A DNA stretch of 64,000 bases from an uncultured Candidatus Saccharibacteria bacterium (lineage in GTDB: Bacteria; Patescibacteriota; Saccharimonadia; Saccharimonadales; EFPC-124). Shown one piece after another: positions 36,918 to 44,126 of the stretch. The translations under genes were made by a program, and so were the position numbers. The stretch lies in the NCBI GenBank assembly GCA_964550035.1, contig CAZJVU010000004.1, positions 7,820 to 71,819 of the forward strand, written 5' to 3'. Numbering within the stretch: position 1 is the stretch's first letter; every line of letters starts with the position of its first letter. Under the pieces are notes generated by a model, which saw only the letters and a program-made list of their open reading frames with translations, was not told where the DNA came from and ran no database searches.

Positions 36918-37190
36918 ATGGCACTGTTCACTGTCCGTTTGGTGGCCCACGACCAGCCAGATGTGGTGGTCGTGGAGGAGTGTATGCAGGTGGCAACCCT
37001 CGCGGGCCTCAAGGAGCGATTTCGGCGGTGGGTTTTCTCAACGGGTACAGGCAGGATGCTGACGGAGCTCGAGAGTAACGACTCGGCTGTCATGACGTTC
37101 TCCGGTAGCCGAGAGGACGTTGCTAAGTACAAAGAGAATGTCGAGACCGTCTTCGTGGCGGGCCTGGCCGGCCTGACCCGTTTGCGCTGA
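36918..37190 (+). CDS. Hypothetical protein (90 aa)
   Basis: AGGAGG SD. Followed by a 17-bp hairpin. Confidence 0.5.
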   Translation: MALFTVRLVAHDQPDVVVVEECMQVATLAGLKERFRRWVFSTGTGRMLTELESNDSAVMTFSGSREDVAKYKENVETVFVAGLAGLTRLR

Positions 37191-37197
37191 CATTTGC

Positions 37198-37236
37198 GGG
37201 GTCGCATGGCCAGAGAGCGTCTGGCCATGCGACCCC
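37198..37236 (+). terminator. GC hairpin after 36918..37190
   Basis: GGGGTCGCATGGCCAGA/TCTGGCCATGCGACCCC 17-bp perfect stem. Confidence 0.55.
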
Positions 37237-37298
37237 AATAGATACCGAAGTTATTTTGCCGCTCGTAACAGATACGAGCTTATTGTATAATTAACCCC

Positions 37299-38597
37299 AT
37301 GTTAGACATCCGATACATTCGGGAGAATGCTGCCCGTGTCCAAGAGGCAAGCGAGCAAAAGGGCTACCGCAACGTAGACATTGCTCACTTACTCCAGCTC
37401 GATGAGGAGCGTCGAACGCTTCTCGGGAAGGTCGAGGAACTCCGTAAAGAGCGCAACGACCTGTCCTCGAGTCTGAAAGGGCAGAAGCCGAGTGACGAAC
37501 AATTGAGCCGTGGTCGCGAGCTGAAAACAAATATTGCCGAGATCGAAGATCGCCTTAATATCGTTGAGAGCGAGTTTACAACTGACCTCAAAAAAGTTCC
37601 GAACATGCCGCTCGACTACGTACCCGTTGGCGCCAGCGAAGACGAAAACGTCATTGCGAGGACCGTCGGCGAGCCACCAAAGTTTGACTTCAAGCCAAAG
37701 AATCACTGGGAAATTGCCCAGGAGCGTGACTGGATCGACAAAGAGCGGGCCGCTAAAGTTGCGGGTGCTCGATTTGCGTACGTGAAGGGCGAGCTTGCGA
37801 GGCTTCACTTTGCGCTGATGAGCTATGGCATGGATGTTGTGTCAGACGCAGCCAAGATGAAAGAGATCGTTGAAGGCGCAGGCCTCGGCGTTTCGACCAA
37901 GCCGTTCACGCTCGTCATGCCACCCGCTGTTGCCCGCACCGAAGTCTACGATGCGACTGGACGCTTGAACAAAGAAGAGCAAACCTACAAGCTTGCCGAC
38001 GATGACCTCTGGCTCAACGCCAGCGCCGAACATGTCATGGCGCCAATGTATTTGGGCGAAATCCTCGACGAAGCGCAGCTGCCAATTCGCCTCGTGGGCT
38101 ACACGACCGCCTTCCGCCGCGAAGCTGGCACGTACGGCAAGGACATGGAAGGCATCCTGCGCATGCACCAGTTCGACAAGCTCGAAATGGAAAGCTTCAC
38201 AACCGGTGACACCGGCCTCGAAGAGCACAAACTGATGGTTGCTATCCAGGAGTATCTCATGAGCAGCCTCGGCATTCCGTACCGTGTGCTCCAGAAGTGC
38301 ACGGCTGACATTGGTGGACCAAACGCCGCTGGCGTGGACATCGACGCGTGGTTGCCTGGTCAAGACAAATACCGCGAGACGCATACCGCTGACTACATCA
38401 CCGATTACCAAGCTCGCCGTATGCACACCCGTGTTCGTCGTAGCAATGGTGACCTCGAGCTGGTTCATACCAATGACGCCACAGCCTTCTCGCAGCGCCC
38501 GCTCATCGCCATCATCGAGAATTTCCAGCAAGCTGACGGCACGATCGTGATTCCTGAAGTGCTGCGATCGTACCTCGGTGGCCGCGAACTACTGTAA
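37299..38597 (+). CDS. serS: Seryl-tRNA synthetase
   Basis: N-terminal coiled-coil arm (MLDIRYIRENA...) and a class II core (FRREAG, TAFSQRPLIAIIEN). Confidence 0.95.
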   Translation: MLDIRYIRENAARVQEASEQKGYRNVDIAHLLQLDEERRTLLGKVEELRKERNDLSSSLKGQKPSDEQLSRGRELKTNIAEIEDRLNIVESEFTTDLKKVPNMPLDYVPVGASEDENVIARTVGEPPKFDFKPKNHWEIAQERDWIDKERAAKVAGARFAYVKGELARLHFALMSYGMDVVSDAAKMKEIVEGAGLGVSTKPFTLVMPPAVARTEVYDATGRLNKEEQTYKLADDDLWLNASAEHVMAPMYLGEILDEAQLPIRLVGYTTAFRREAGTYGKDMEGILRMHQFDKLEMESFTTGDTGLEEHKLMVAIQEYLMSSLGIPYRVLQKCTADIGGPNAAGVDIDAWLPGQDKYRETHTADYITDYQARRMHTRVRRSNGDLELVHTNDATAFSQRPLIAIIENFQQADGTIVIPEVLRSYLGGRELL

Positions 38598-38599
38598 CT

Positions 38600-39121
38600 A
38601 TGAAGGCGATTACGACCGAGCGATACGACCAGGTCATCGCCGCGTCCGGCCTCAAACCAAAATTTGTGCGCGAACTGCGCCCGCGTTTTGACCTTGTGTC
38701 CGACTGGGAAGATCGAGAATTTTTGCCGATCACTAACCGTAGTGGAAACGATGGCGTGCTATGGGTCGAGCACGGCGGTGGCGTGTATGTGCTACCGTAT
38801 TCGCTGAGTCGTGGCATCATCGATAAAGCCAGCGGCCGGGCGCGACCAGTGATCTGCGACCTCTGCTACACGCAGCAACTTGGCACGGCCGCGGCGCGAA
38901 TAAGTTTTGCCATGCCGGGCAGGGGAGGGGCGAGTCGAAGCTTGCTCTGCTGCGCCAACCTTGACTGTAACGAGCACGCCCGCGGTAAGACGAAGGCGAG
39001 TCTGCGCTCCAAAACGCAACTGCGCGAAAGCATCTCCGTCGGAGACCGAGTCTTACGTCTACATCGTCGACTCGGCGAATTGCTGGACCTACTCCAAGCC
39101 GAAAAAGTAATTTCCGTCTAA
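38600..39121 (+). CDS. FBP-domain protein (EF-G-binding protein family, C-terminal treble-clef zinc finger)
   Basis: CDLC...CCANLDCNEH cysteine pattern. Starts 2 nt after the serS stop. Confidence 0.5.
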   Translation: MKAITTERYDQVIAASGLKPKFVRELRPRFDLVSDWEDREFLPITNRSGNDGVLWVEHGGGVYVLPYSLSRGIIDKASGRARPVICDLCYTQQLGTAAARISFAMPGRGGASRSLLCCANLDCNEHARGKTKASLRSKTQLRESISVGDRVLRLHRRLGELLDLLQAEKVISV

Positions 39122-39123
39122 AG

Positions 39124-39170
39124 TGAGCGAAGCCCCGAGCGGGCCGGAAGATTCCGGCCACACTCGGGGC
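39124..39170 (-). repeat. Cassette-boundary hairpin R1
   Basis: TGAGCGAAGCCCCGAGCGGGCCGGAAGATTCCGGCCACACTCGGGGC, 20 nt downstream of the gene 1 stop. Confidence 0.85.
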
Positions 39171-39190
39171 TTTTTGGCGCGTCTCTGACG

Positions 39191-39424
39191 CTACTGGTTG
39201 CGTGATTTCCGCTTCCTCCTCAGGAGGATGGGAATGACCACAACGGCGGCGCCACTGATGTAGGCAAGTGCCAGCAACGCGCTGTAGCCCTCCTGCAAAT
39301 GCAACAATGCGACGGACCCGAGTGCTGTACCGGCCGTCAAGGCGGCGTAGGCGACTGCCTTCCGGCGAGCACCGACGGTGAGGCCGGTGATGCAGCCCCC
39401 GAGGATCAGCAGTATCCACCACAT
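39191..39424 (-). CDS. Array gene 1: small 3-TM protein with a polybasic tail (77 aa)
   Basis: GAAGGAG SD. TM1 GGCITGLTVGARRK. Tail LLRRKRKSRNQ. Confidence 0.7.
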   Translation of the reverse strand: MWWILLILGGCITGLTVGARRKAVAYAALTAGTALGSVALLHLQEGYSALLALAYISGAAVVVIPILLRRKRKSRNQ

Positions 39425-39463
39425 GGGTGTGACTCCTTCGATGGTGAGCCTGACGTGCCTGGT

Positions 39464-39757
39464 TCAGCGCTTGCCCTTCTTCGGCCGCTTGGGCCGGATC
39501 CGGCGGTTGGGTCGGTCGGCGCCGAAGATGTGGCCGATGAAACCGCCGCACGCCAGAGCCGCAGGGAAGCTGAGCCACTGCAGCGTCGTGAGCTCGAACG
39601 GTTTGCACCACACCAGGATGATGGCCACGGCGCCGACGAACGCCACCGCGCCCAGCAGCTCGTGCGTGTTCTTCTCGTGCCACCGTCCCTTGAAGAAACA
39701 GTAGCCTGCCAGCACCATGAATGCGCCAGCGAGACCAAATGCGACCTGTGCGGTCAT
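39464..39757 (-). CDS. Array gene 2: small 3-TM protein with a polybasic tail (97 aa)
   Basis: AGAGGGG SD. Tail RPNRRIRPKRPKKGKR. Confidence 0.7.
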   Translation of the reverse strand: MTAQVAFGLAGAFMVLAGYCFFKGRWHEKNTHELLGAVAFVGAVAIILVWCKPFELTTLQWLSFPAALACGGFIGHIFGADRPNRRIRPKRPKKGKR

Positions 39758-39797
39758 TGGTACCCCTCTGAGGAATGGATGGACAGAACGTTTAATG

Positions 39798-39825
39798 ATT
39801 ATAGTATAATTGTAGATATTGTCAA
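39798..39825 (-). promoter_or_regulatory. Cassette A promoter
   Basis: Minus strand TTGACA-N16-TATAAT. Confidence 0.6.
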
Positions 39826-39855
39826 TTTAGTAGGGCAGAGTCATACCCTAAAAAT

Positions 39856-39903
39856 TGAGCGAAGCCCCGAGCGGGCCGGAAAATATCCGGCCACACTCGG
39901 GGC
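39856..39903 (-). repeat. Cassette-boundary hairpin R2
   Basis: TGAGCGAAGCCCCGAGCGGGCCGGAAAATATCCGGCCACACTCGGGGC. Confidence 0.85.
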
Positions 39904-39938
39904 TTGTTGTACGTACCGACCGTGTGCGCGGGTCGGCT

Positions 39939-40202
39939 TCAGGACCCTTCGGCGTGCTTGCGCTTTTTCCGCCGCAGCTTCACCGAAGTAGTGACGAAGG
40001 TTGCGAGCACGAGGGTGGCTGACCAGGCGGCGACCGTGCCCACGTTCTCACCCTTGAGGGGGTCGACCCCTCGCGCCAGCAGGAGCGCCCAGGTGCCCAG
40101 CATGAGGCACGTGCCTGCGACCAACCGCGACACATCTCGGTTGATGGCGCCAACGACGACGCCGGTCACGAGGGCGAGGCCGACTGCTATCACAAAGGTC
40201 AT
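39939..40202 (-). CDS. Array gene 3: small 3-TM protein with a polybasic tail (87 aa)
   Basis: AAGGAG SD. VDPLKGE turn. Tail KLRRKKRKHAEGS. Confidence 0.7.
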   Translation of the reverse strand: MTFVIAVGLALVTGVVVGAINRDVSRLVAGTCLMLGTWALLLARGVDPLKGENVGTVAAWSATLVLATFVTTSVKLRRKKRKHAEGS

Positions 40203-40231
40203 CTACTTTACTCCTTGTTGGTGCAGGATGT

Positions 40232-40504
40232 TCAGGGGTGACGCTTGGACTTGCGCAGTTGCTTGAGCCGCCTCGCACCTACAGCGCTCATGACCGCTGA
40301 GGAGACTGTGACGCTGACCACCAAGGCGATCAGAAAGTTTGCCGTTTCCGGCTCGTTTGCGGGGTCGTGTCCCACAATCACGAGCGCCAACCACGCAGCG
40401 GCCAAGATGACCGCCCCGGCGAGGAGCTTCTGCCAGGCACGTAGGGAGGCAGCGGCGAGTATGCCGCACAGAAACCCTGTGATGACAAATACGACTACAG
40501 CCAT
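40232..40504 (-). CDS. Array gene 4: small 3-TM protein with a polybasic tail (90 aa from ATG 40504)
   Basis: AGAAGG SD before the internal ATG. GHDPANE turn. Tail RRLKQLRKSKRHP. Confidence 0.65.
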   Translation of the reverse strand: MAVVVFVITGFLCGILAAASLRAWQKLLAGAVILAAAWLALVIVGHDPANEPETANFLIALVVSVTVSSAVMSAVGARRLKQLRKSKRHP

Positions 40505-40613
40505 GACGTAACCTTCTTGTTCGGCTCGGGTTTGTGCTTCGATGATCGCGCTGCACATGGAGGGCAGCTGTCAGTACCGCACATCCTTATGCAGGGGTAG
40601 AGCGTACTATATT

Positions 40614-40642
40614 CTTATAGTATAAGTTCAGTATTATGTCAA
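40614..40642 (-). promoter_or_regulatory. Cassette B promoter
   Basis: Minus strand TTGACA-N17-TATAAG. Confidence 0.6.
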
Positions 40643-40670
40643 TGTAACTAGCGTACAGCTTGGCATAAAA

Positions 40671-40717
40671 TGAGCGAAGCCCCGAGCGGGCCGAAGATAT
40701 CCGGCCACACTCGGGGC
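40671..40717 (-). repeat. Cassette-boundary hairpin R3
   Basis: TGAGCGAAGCCCCGAGCGGGCCGAAGATATCCGGCCACACTCGGGGC. Confidence 0.85.
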
Positions 40718-40738
40718 TTTTGTTGCTGATCGATGCTT

Positions 40739-41029
40739 CTAGCGGCTCCAGCGCTTGGGCTTGGGACGAACGTCCTTCAGCCTCTTGCGCTTGGCCAGCT
40801 TGAGCTTCACGATGCCGGCGACGATCGCCGCGAGCCCAAGGCTGAACAGCCAGGCGAGCACCACGGTCTTGTCGGGGTTGGGGAAGGGGTTGAGCCCCGT
40901 CAGCATCAGGATGATCTGAGAGATCAGCATGATGAACCCTACGGCCATCAGTCGGGGCACCACCTTTCGGACGCCGACGGCGGCGATGCCGGTCAGAATC
41001 CCCGACGCGATCACCAGAAGTACCAGCAT
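40739..41029 (-). CDS. Array gene 5: small 3-TM protein with a polybasic tail (96 aa)
   Basis: AGGAGG SD. TM1 ASGILTGIAAVGVRK. Tail KLKLAKRKRLKDVRPKPKRWSR. Confidence 0.7.
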   Translation of the reverse strand: MLVLLVIASGILTGIAAVGVRKVVPRLMAVGFIMLISQIILMLTGLNPFPNPDKTVVLAWLFSLGLAAIVAGIVKLKLAKRKRLKDVRPKPKRWSR

Positions 41030-41053
41030 GATTCCTCCTACGACGGTGGTGCG

Positions 41054-41320
41054 TCAGCGACGCGGCGTCTGGGCTGCCGTCTCGCGCTTCCGCTTCACGA
41101 TCACCGCGATGAAGGCGGCGATGATGCTGCTGCCCGTGAAGGTGGCCGCCATCGCGGCGTTCTGCATCGGCTCGAACACCAGCGCCTTCGCGGCGAGGCC
41201 CGCGCCCAGGAGCATGAACATGGCACCGCAGATCCGGAAGAACTGAAGCTTGGAGCCGAGGGCCCAGAAGCCGCAGAGCGCTCCGGTGCCGATCAGCAGG
41301 GGCCAGAGGTAAAGGGGCAT
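41054..41320 (-). CDS. Array gene 6: small 3-TM protein with a basic tail (88 aa)
   Basis: AAGGAG SD. VFEPMQN turn. Tail VKRKRETAAQTPRR. Confidence 0.7.
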   Translation of the reverse strand: MPLYLWPLLIGTGALCGFWALGSKLQFFRICGAMFMLLGAGLAAKALVFEPMQNAAMAATFTGSSIIAAFIAVIVKRKRETAAQTPRR

Positions 41321-41359
41321 CGGTATGTCTCCTTAGTATGGTGGATACAGCGTATTGTA

Positions 41360-41388
41360 TTTATAGGATAAGTTCAATATTTTGTCAA
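41360..41388 (-). promoter_or_regulatory. Cassette C promoter
   Basis: Minus strand TTGACA-N17-TATAAA. Confidence 0.6.
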
Positions 41389-41406
41389 TTCTACTGTGTC
41401 TAGAAA

Positions 41407-41454
41407 TGAGCGAAGCCCCGAGCGGGCCGAAGAATATCCGGCCGCACTCGGGGC
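41407..41454 (-). repeat. Cassette-boundary hairpin R4
   Basis: TGAGCGAAGCCCCGAGCGGGCCGAAGAATATCCGGCCGCACTCGGGGC. Confidence 0.85.
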
Positions 41455-41482
41455 TTGGAACGCGCTGGTCGACGGGCGCAGC

Positions 41483-41755
41483 CTACTTGCCATGTGTGTC
41501 GTCGTACCACTCACGAGTGAAGTATCCAGCGAGTGCGCCCACCGCCGCACTGCCGGCGAAGACGACGATGAAGAGCAACCAAGAGGATTGCGCCTGCGCC
41601 TGCAGCTGCTCGAACTTTGGGTCGAACGGGTACAGGGCGGCCCCCGCGGCCACCATGATGCTGACGGCCACCGCCATGGCGAGACCGAAGCGTCTGATGA
41701 AGCCGATGGCCACACCACCGAGCGCGCCGGCAACAACCAAGAACGTGGTGATCAT
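41483..41755 (-). CDS. Array gene 7: small 3-TM protein (90 aa); the only member without a polybasic tail
   Basis: AGAGAGG SD. TM1 VAGALGGVAIGFIRR. PFDPKFE turn. Ends in YFTREWYDDTHGK. Confidence 0.7.
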   Translation of the reverse strand: MITTFLVVAGALGGVAIGFIRRFGLAMAVAVSIMVAAGAALYPFDPKFEQLQAQAQSSWLLFIVVFAGSAAVGALAGYFTREWYDDTHGK

Positions 41756-41783
41756 GAGTACACCTCTCTGCTGTAGGGAGCGG

Positions 41784-42044
41784 TTATCGTTTACTCTTCT
41801 TTTGACCGCCCTTCAGGACGCCGATGACGGTAAGCGTGATGAACGCCACGCTGCCATAGATCACCCCCACGGCGATGAGCTTCGACCACTTGGTGGGGTC
41901 GAAGCCGACGCAGAGCAGGGTGACGAAGCCGCCCGCCGTGATGACGGCTGCCACCATGACAGCGACATCTTCGCGCCGAATGACACCAAATGCGAGTCCG
42001 CACAAGATGCCGGCGACCAAGGTCACCAGAAAGCTCGGGAACAT
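41784..42044 (-). CDS. Array gene 8: small 3-TM protein with a basic tail (86 aa from ATG 42044)
   Basis: AAGGA SD. TM1 VAGILCGLAFGVIRR. GFDPTKW turn. Tail KGGQKKSKR. Confidence 0.65.
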   Translation of the reverse strand: MFPSFLVTLVAGILCGLAFGVIRREDVAVMVAAVITAGGFVTLLCVGFDPTKWSKLIAVGVIYGSVAFITLTVIGVLKGGQKKSKR

Positions 42045-42130
42045 GGCTCGAGTATCCTTGTCTGTGAAGTCGGCGCGCGCTAAGACTGAAGCGCGATTCT
42101 GTTCTCGCACTGAGGCGAGAAGCTTATACA

Positions 42131-42159
42131 TTTATAGTATTAAATAATTGCTTTGTCAA
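42131..42159 (-). promoter_or_regulatory. Cassette D promoter
   Basis: Minus strand TTGACA-N17-TATAAA. Confidence 0.6.
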
Positions 42160-42179
42160 TGTTTTCTTGGTGTCTAAAA

Positions 42180-42224
42180 TGAGCGAAGCCCCGAGCGGGC
42201 CGGGTTTCCGGCCACACTCGGGGC
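42180..42224 (-). repeat. Cassette-boundary hairpin R5
   Basis: TGAGCGAAGCCCCGAGCGGGCCGGGTTTCCGGCCACACTCGGGGC. Confidence 0.85.
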
Positions 42225-42267
42225 TTGTTGCGCCGCACGACGGACGCGCTGTGGGTTGGTCGACTTC

Positions 42268-42552
42268 TCAGCGTGAGCGCTTCTTGGGCTTGAACTTCCG
42301 CTTCACGATGGCCGCGGTGACGAGCCAGGGGATCCCGGCTGCGATACCCAGTACTAGCGTGGCCACCCCGTCCCGGCCGTACAGGATTCCCATTCCGGCA
42401 GTGGCCACGGCGGTGAGAAACATGAGCCAGCCGAACATCTTGAAGAGCAGCGTGACCCGCGGGTGGGTGGCCAAAACGCCATACGCAGCACTGCCGAAGA
42501 CCGCGAGCAGCCAGAACCACCAGGGCACATTCGCAAACGTGAGCGTGATCAT
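42268..42552 (-). CDS. Array gene 9: small 3-TM protein with a polybasic tail (94 aa; alternative start ATG 42570)
   Basis: Tail VKRKFKPKKRSR. Only gene in cassette E. Confidence 0.65.
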   Translation of the reverse strand: MITLTFANVPWWFWLLAVFGSAAYGVLATHPRVTLLFKMFGWLMFLTAVATAGMGILYGRDGVATLVLGIAAGIPWLVTAAIVKRKFKPKKRSR

Positions 42553-42584
42553 CTCCCTTGTGCAGTACACGATAGTACTGCAAA

Positions 42585-42613
42585 ACTATAGGATGGAATC
42601 ACGTGTCTGTCAA
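42585..42613 (-). promoter_or_regulatory. Cassette E promoter
   Basis: Minus strand TTGACA-N17-TATAGT. Confidence 0.6.
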
Positions 42614-42645
42614 TAGTTCAACTCGTAGCGTGCTCTCTATAAAGC

Positions 42646-42683
42646 GGCGTCTGAGCGGGCCAGTGTGGCCGCGCCCAGACGCC
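42646..42683 (-). repeat. Cassette-boundary hairpin R6 (diverged copy with a compensated stem)
   Basis: GGCGTCTG-AGCGGGCC-agtgt-GGCCGCGC-CCAGACGCC. It retains GAGCGGGCC and the fold, but the outer stem has a different sequence. Confidence 0.7.
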
Positions 42684-42697
42684 GTACGGACGGTCGG

Positions 42698-42946
42698 TTA
42701 CTTCTTGTTCTTCTTGGTGATGTAGGCCCTCACGAAGCCCACGATCATCGCCGAAACGACGGTACTGATCAGGAGGGCCAGCCAGGCCGAATCATCCTTG
42801 TGCGCATCGTACCCGAGGCTGTACAGGGCGATGCCCGTGGCCACCGCAATGACAAAAGCGATGAGAATCGCAAGCGACACTTGCCGGAGGCCACCGATCA
42901 GGGCGCCGCATGCAGTACCGGCGACGATTGTTATGAAGTAGAACAT
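42698..42946 (-). CDS. Array gene 10: small 3-TM protein with a basic tail (82 aa from ATG 42946)
   Basis: GGGAG SD 5 nt upstream. TM1 VAGTACGALIGGLRQ. GYDAHKDD turn. Tail ITKKNKK. Confidence 0.65.
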   Translation of the reverse strand: MFYFITIVAGTACGALIGGLRQVSLAILIAFVIAVATGIALYSLGYDAHKDDSAWLALLISTVVSAMIVGFVRAYITKKNKK

Positions 42947-42980
42947 AAAAACTCCCAACACGGACGCTGAGGTCAATAGC

Positions 42981-43013
42981 TTTATATAAGTATAGATTTG
43001 TCTGTGTCGTCAA
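42981..43013 (-). promoter_or_regulatory. Cassette F promoter (weaker match)
   Basis: Minus strand TTGACG followed 18-19 nt later by TTATAT/TATATA. Confidence 0.4.
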
Positions 43014-43028
43014 GCGATATCCAGCGAA

Positions 43029-43076
43029 TGAGCGAAGCCCCGAGCGGGCCGAAGGGTATCCGGCCGCACTCGGGGC
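43029..43076 (-). repeat. Cassette-boundary hairpin R7
   Basis: TGAGCGAAGCCCCGAGCGGGCCGAAGGGTATCCGGCCGCACTCGGGGC. Confidence 0.85.
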
Positions 43077-43104
43077 TTGGGTCGGCGTGTCTGGTTGGAC
43101 TCAC

Positions 43105-43377
43105 CTAGTGCCGTTTTTTGGATCGACGACCGGGCTGGCTGCCACCCAGGCACCCGCATACACTGCCGCATGCGAACAGGGTGAAGACGGCGGCCCATTG
43201 CGCCAGACTGTACTCCAGTGCTTGCCCCCATACGCACATGACGATGGCGGCCGATACCAGCGCCAGCACTCCAGCCCGTGTGATGGCGATCTTCGTGCGG
43301 GAGAATCCTCTGAAGATGCAGAAGCCAGCTCCGGCGATGAGCAGGCTCGTGATGACGCCCGCAAGTTGTACGGACAC
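43105..43377 (-). CDS. Array gene 11: small 3-TM protein with a basic tail (90 aa, GTG start)
   Basis: AAGGAGG SD 3 nt before GTG 43377. Tail GRRSKKRH. The longer track ORF runs through gene 12 in another frame. Confidence 0.6.
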   Translation of the reverse strand: MSVQLAGVITSLLIAGAGFCIFRGFSRTKIAITRAGVLALVSAAIVMCVWGQALEYSLAQWAAVFTLFACGSVCGCLGGSQPGRRSKKRH

Positions 43378-43415
43378 GGCCCTCCTTGAGGCTCGGATGA
43401 AGCGTACGGCGCAGG

Positions 43416-43673
43416 CTACTTCTTGGCCTTGCGCTTCTTCTTGCTGTCCTTCGCGATGGTGACGATCGTCGTGACGACAGAGGTGCTGGCCAGGAAGGCC
43501 AGCCAGGGCAGAATGTCCTCGCGCGCGTCGTATTCGAGGCCAAACAGCACAAAGGACGTGATCAGCACGATGGCACCGTCGATGGCGAACGCGACGCGCA
43601 GTCGCTGGACGCCACCGAGCACGACGCCACACAGCACTCCTGAGAGGACGGTGACCAAGTAGTACACGAACAT
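43416..43673 (-). CDS. Array gene 12: small 3-TM protein with a polybasic tail (85 aa)
   Basis: AAAGGAG SD. TM1 LSGVLCGVVLGGVQR. EYDAREDILPW turn. Tail KDSKKKRKAKK. Confidence 0.7.
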   Translation of the reverse strand: MFVYYLVTVLSGVLCGVVLGGVQRLRVAFAIDGAIVLITSFVLFGLEYDAREDILPWLAFLASTSVVTTIVTIAKDSKKKRKAKK

Positions 43674-43710
43674 GACTGACTCCTTTAACGTGGATGTTCA
43701 GTTCATTGTC

Positions 43711-43739
43711 TTTATAGTATTTATTTATGAGTTTGTCAA
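43711..43739 (-). promoter_or_regulatory. Cassette G promoter
   Basis: Minus strand TTGACA-N17-TATAAA. Confidence 0.6.
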
Positions 43740-43753
43740 ATTATAAGCTCGTA

Positions 43754-43800
43754 TGAGCGAAGCCCCGAGCGGGCCGGAAAGTTCCGGCCACACTCGGGGC
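43754..43800 (-). repeat. Cassette-boundary hairpin R8
   Basis: TGAGCGAAGCCCCGAGCGGGCCGGAAAGTTCCGGCCACACTCGGGGC. Confidence 0.85.
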
Positions 43801-43832
43801 TGTATGGCGTTGGAGCTGCGACCCTGTAGGGT

Positions 43833-44087
43833 TTAGCGCCGGCGTTTGTCTTGCTTTTTGCGCATGACGGCGAGCACGACGATCGTGATCACCACGCTGC
43901 CCACTGCGCTGCCCAACCAGGCGAGCAGTACGTTGACATTCGAGGGTTCGAAGCCGGCGCCCACCAGAATGAACGCGGTGACGACGGTGATGCCGACTGC
44001 GATCGGCAGGTAAATGATCGCCCGCTGGAGCGCACCCAGCACAATGCCCGTCAGGATGCCTGCGACGATCACAATCAGAAAGAGCAT
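43833..44087 (-). CDS. Array gene 13: small 3-TM protein with a polybasic tail (84 aa from ATG 44087)
   Basis: GGAGGG SD. TM1 VAGILTGIVLGALQR. GFEPSNVN turn. Tail MRKKQDKRRR. Confidence 0.65.
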   Translation of the reverse strand: MLFLIVIVAGILTGIVLGALQRAIIYLPIAVGITVVTAFILVGAGFEPSNVNVLLAWLGSAVGSVVITIVVLAVMRKKQDKRRR

Positions 44088-44126
44088 GACTGTTTTCCCT
44101 CCAAGAGCGGTAACGAGTACGATATA

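Noticed and set aside
39124-43800. The regularly spaced ~47-nt repeats could be read as a CRISPR array.
   Set aside because: The intervals of 383-815 bp between repeats are far longer than spacers. Each contains a promoter, strong SDs and one or two complete ORFs of a single protein family. No cas genes lie nearby, and the repeats carry a conserved asymmetric flank.
39123-43800. A plus-strand mini-ORF could start inside each repeat (ATG/GTG/TTG-AGC-GAA-GCC-CCG-AGC-GGG-CCG, i.e. MSEAPSGP...). The one variable base keeps a valid start codon in every copy.
   Set aside because: No SD precedes these codons. Loop-length differences shift the downstream frame from copy to copy. The continuations run antisense through the next gene with unrelated sequences and lengths. 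The pattern is better explained as part of the structured repeat.
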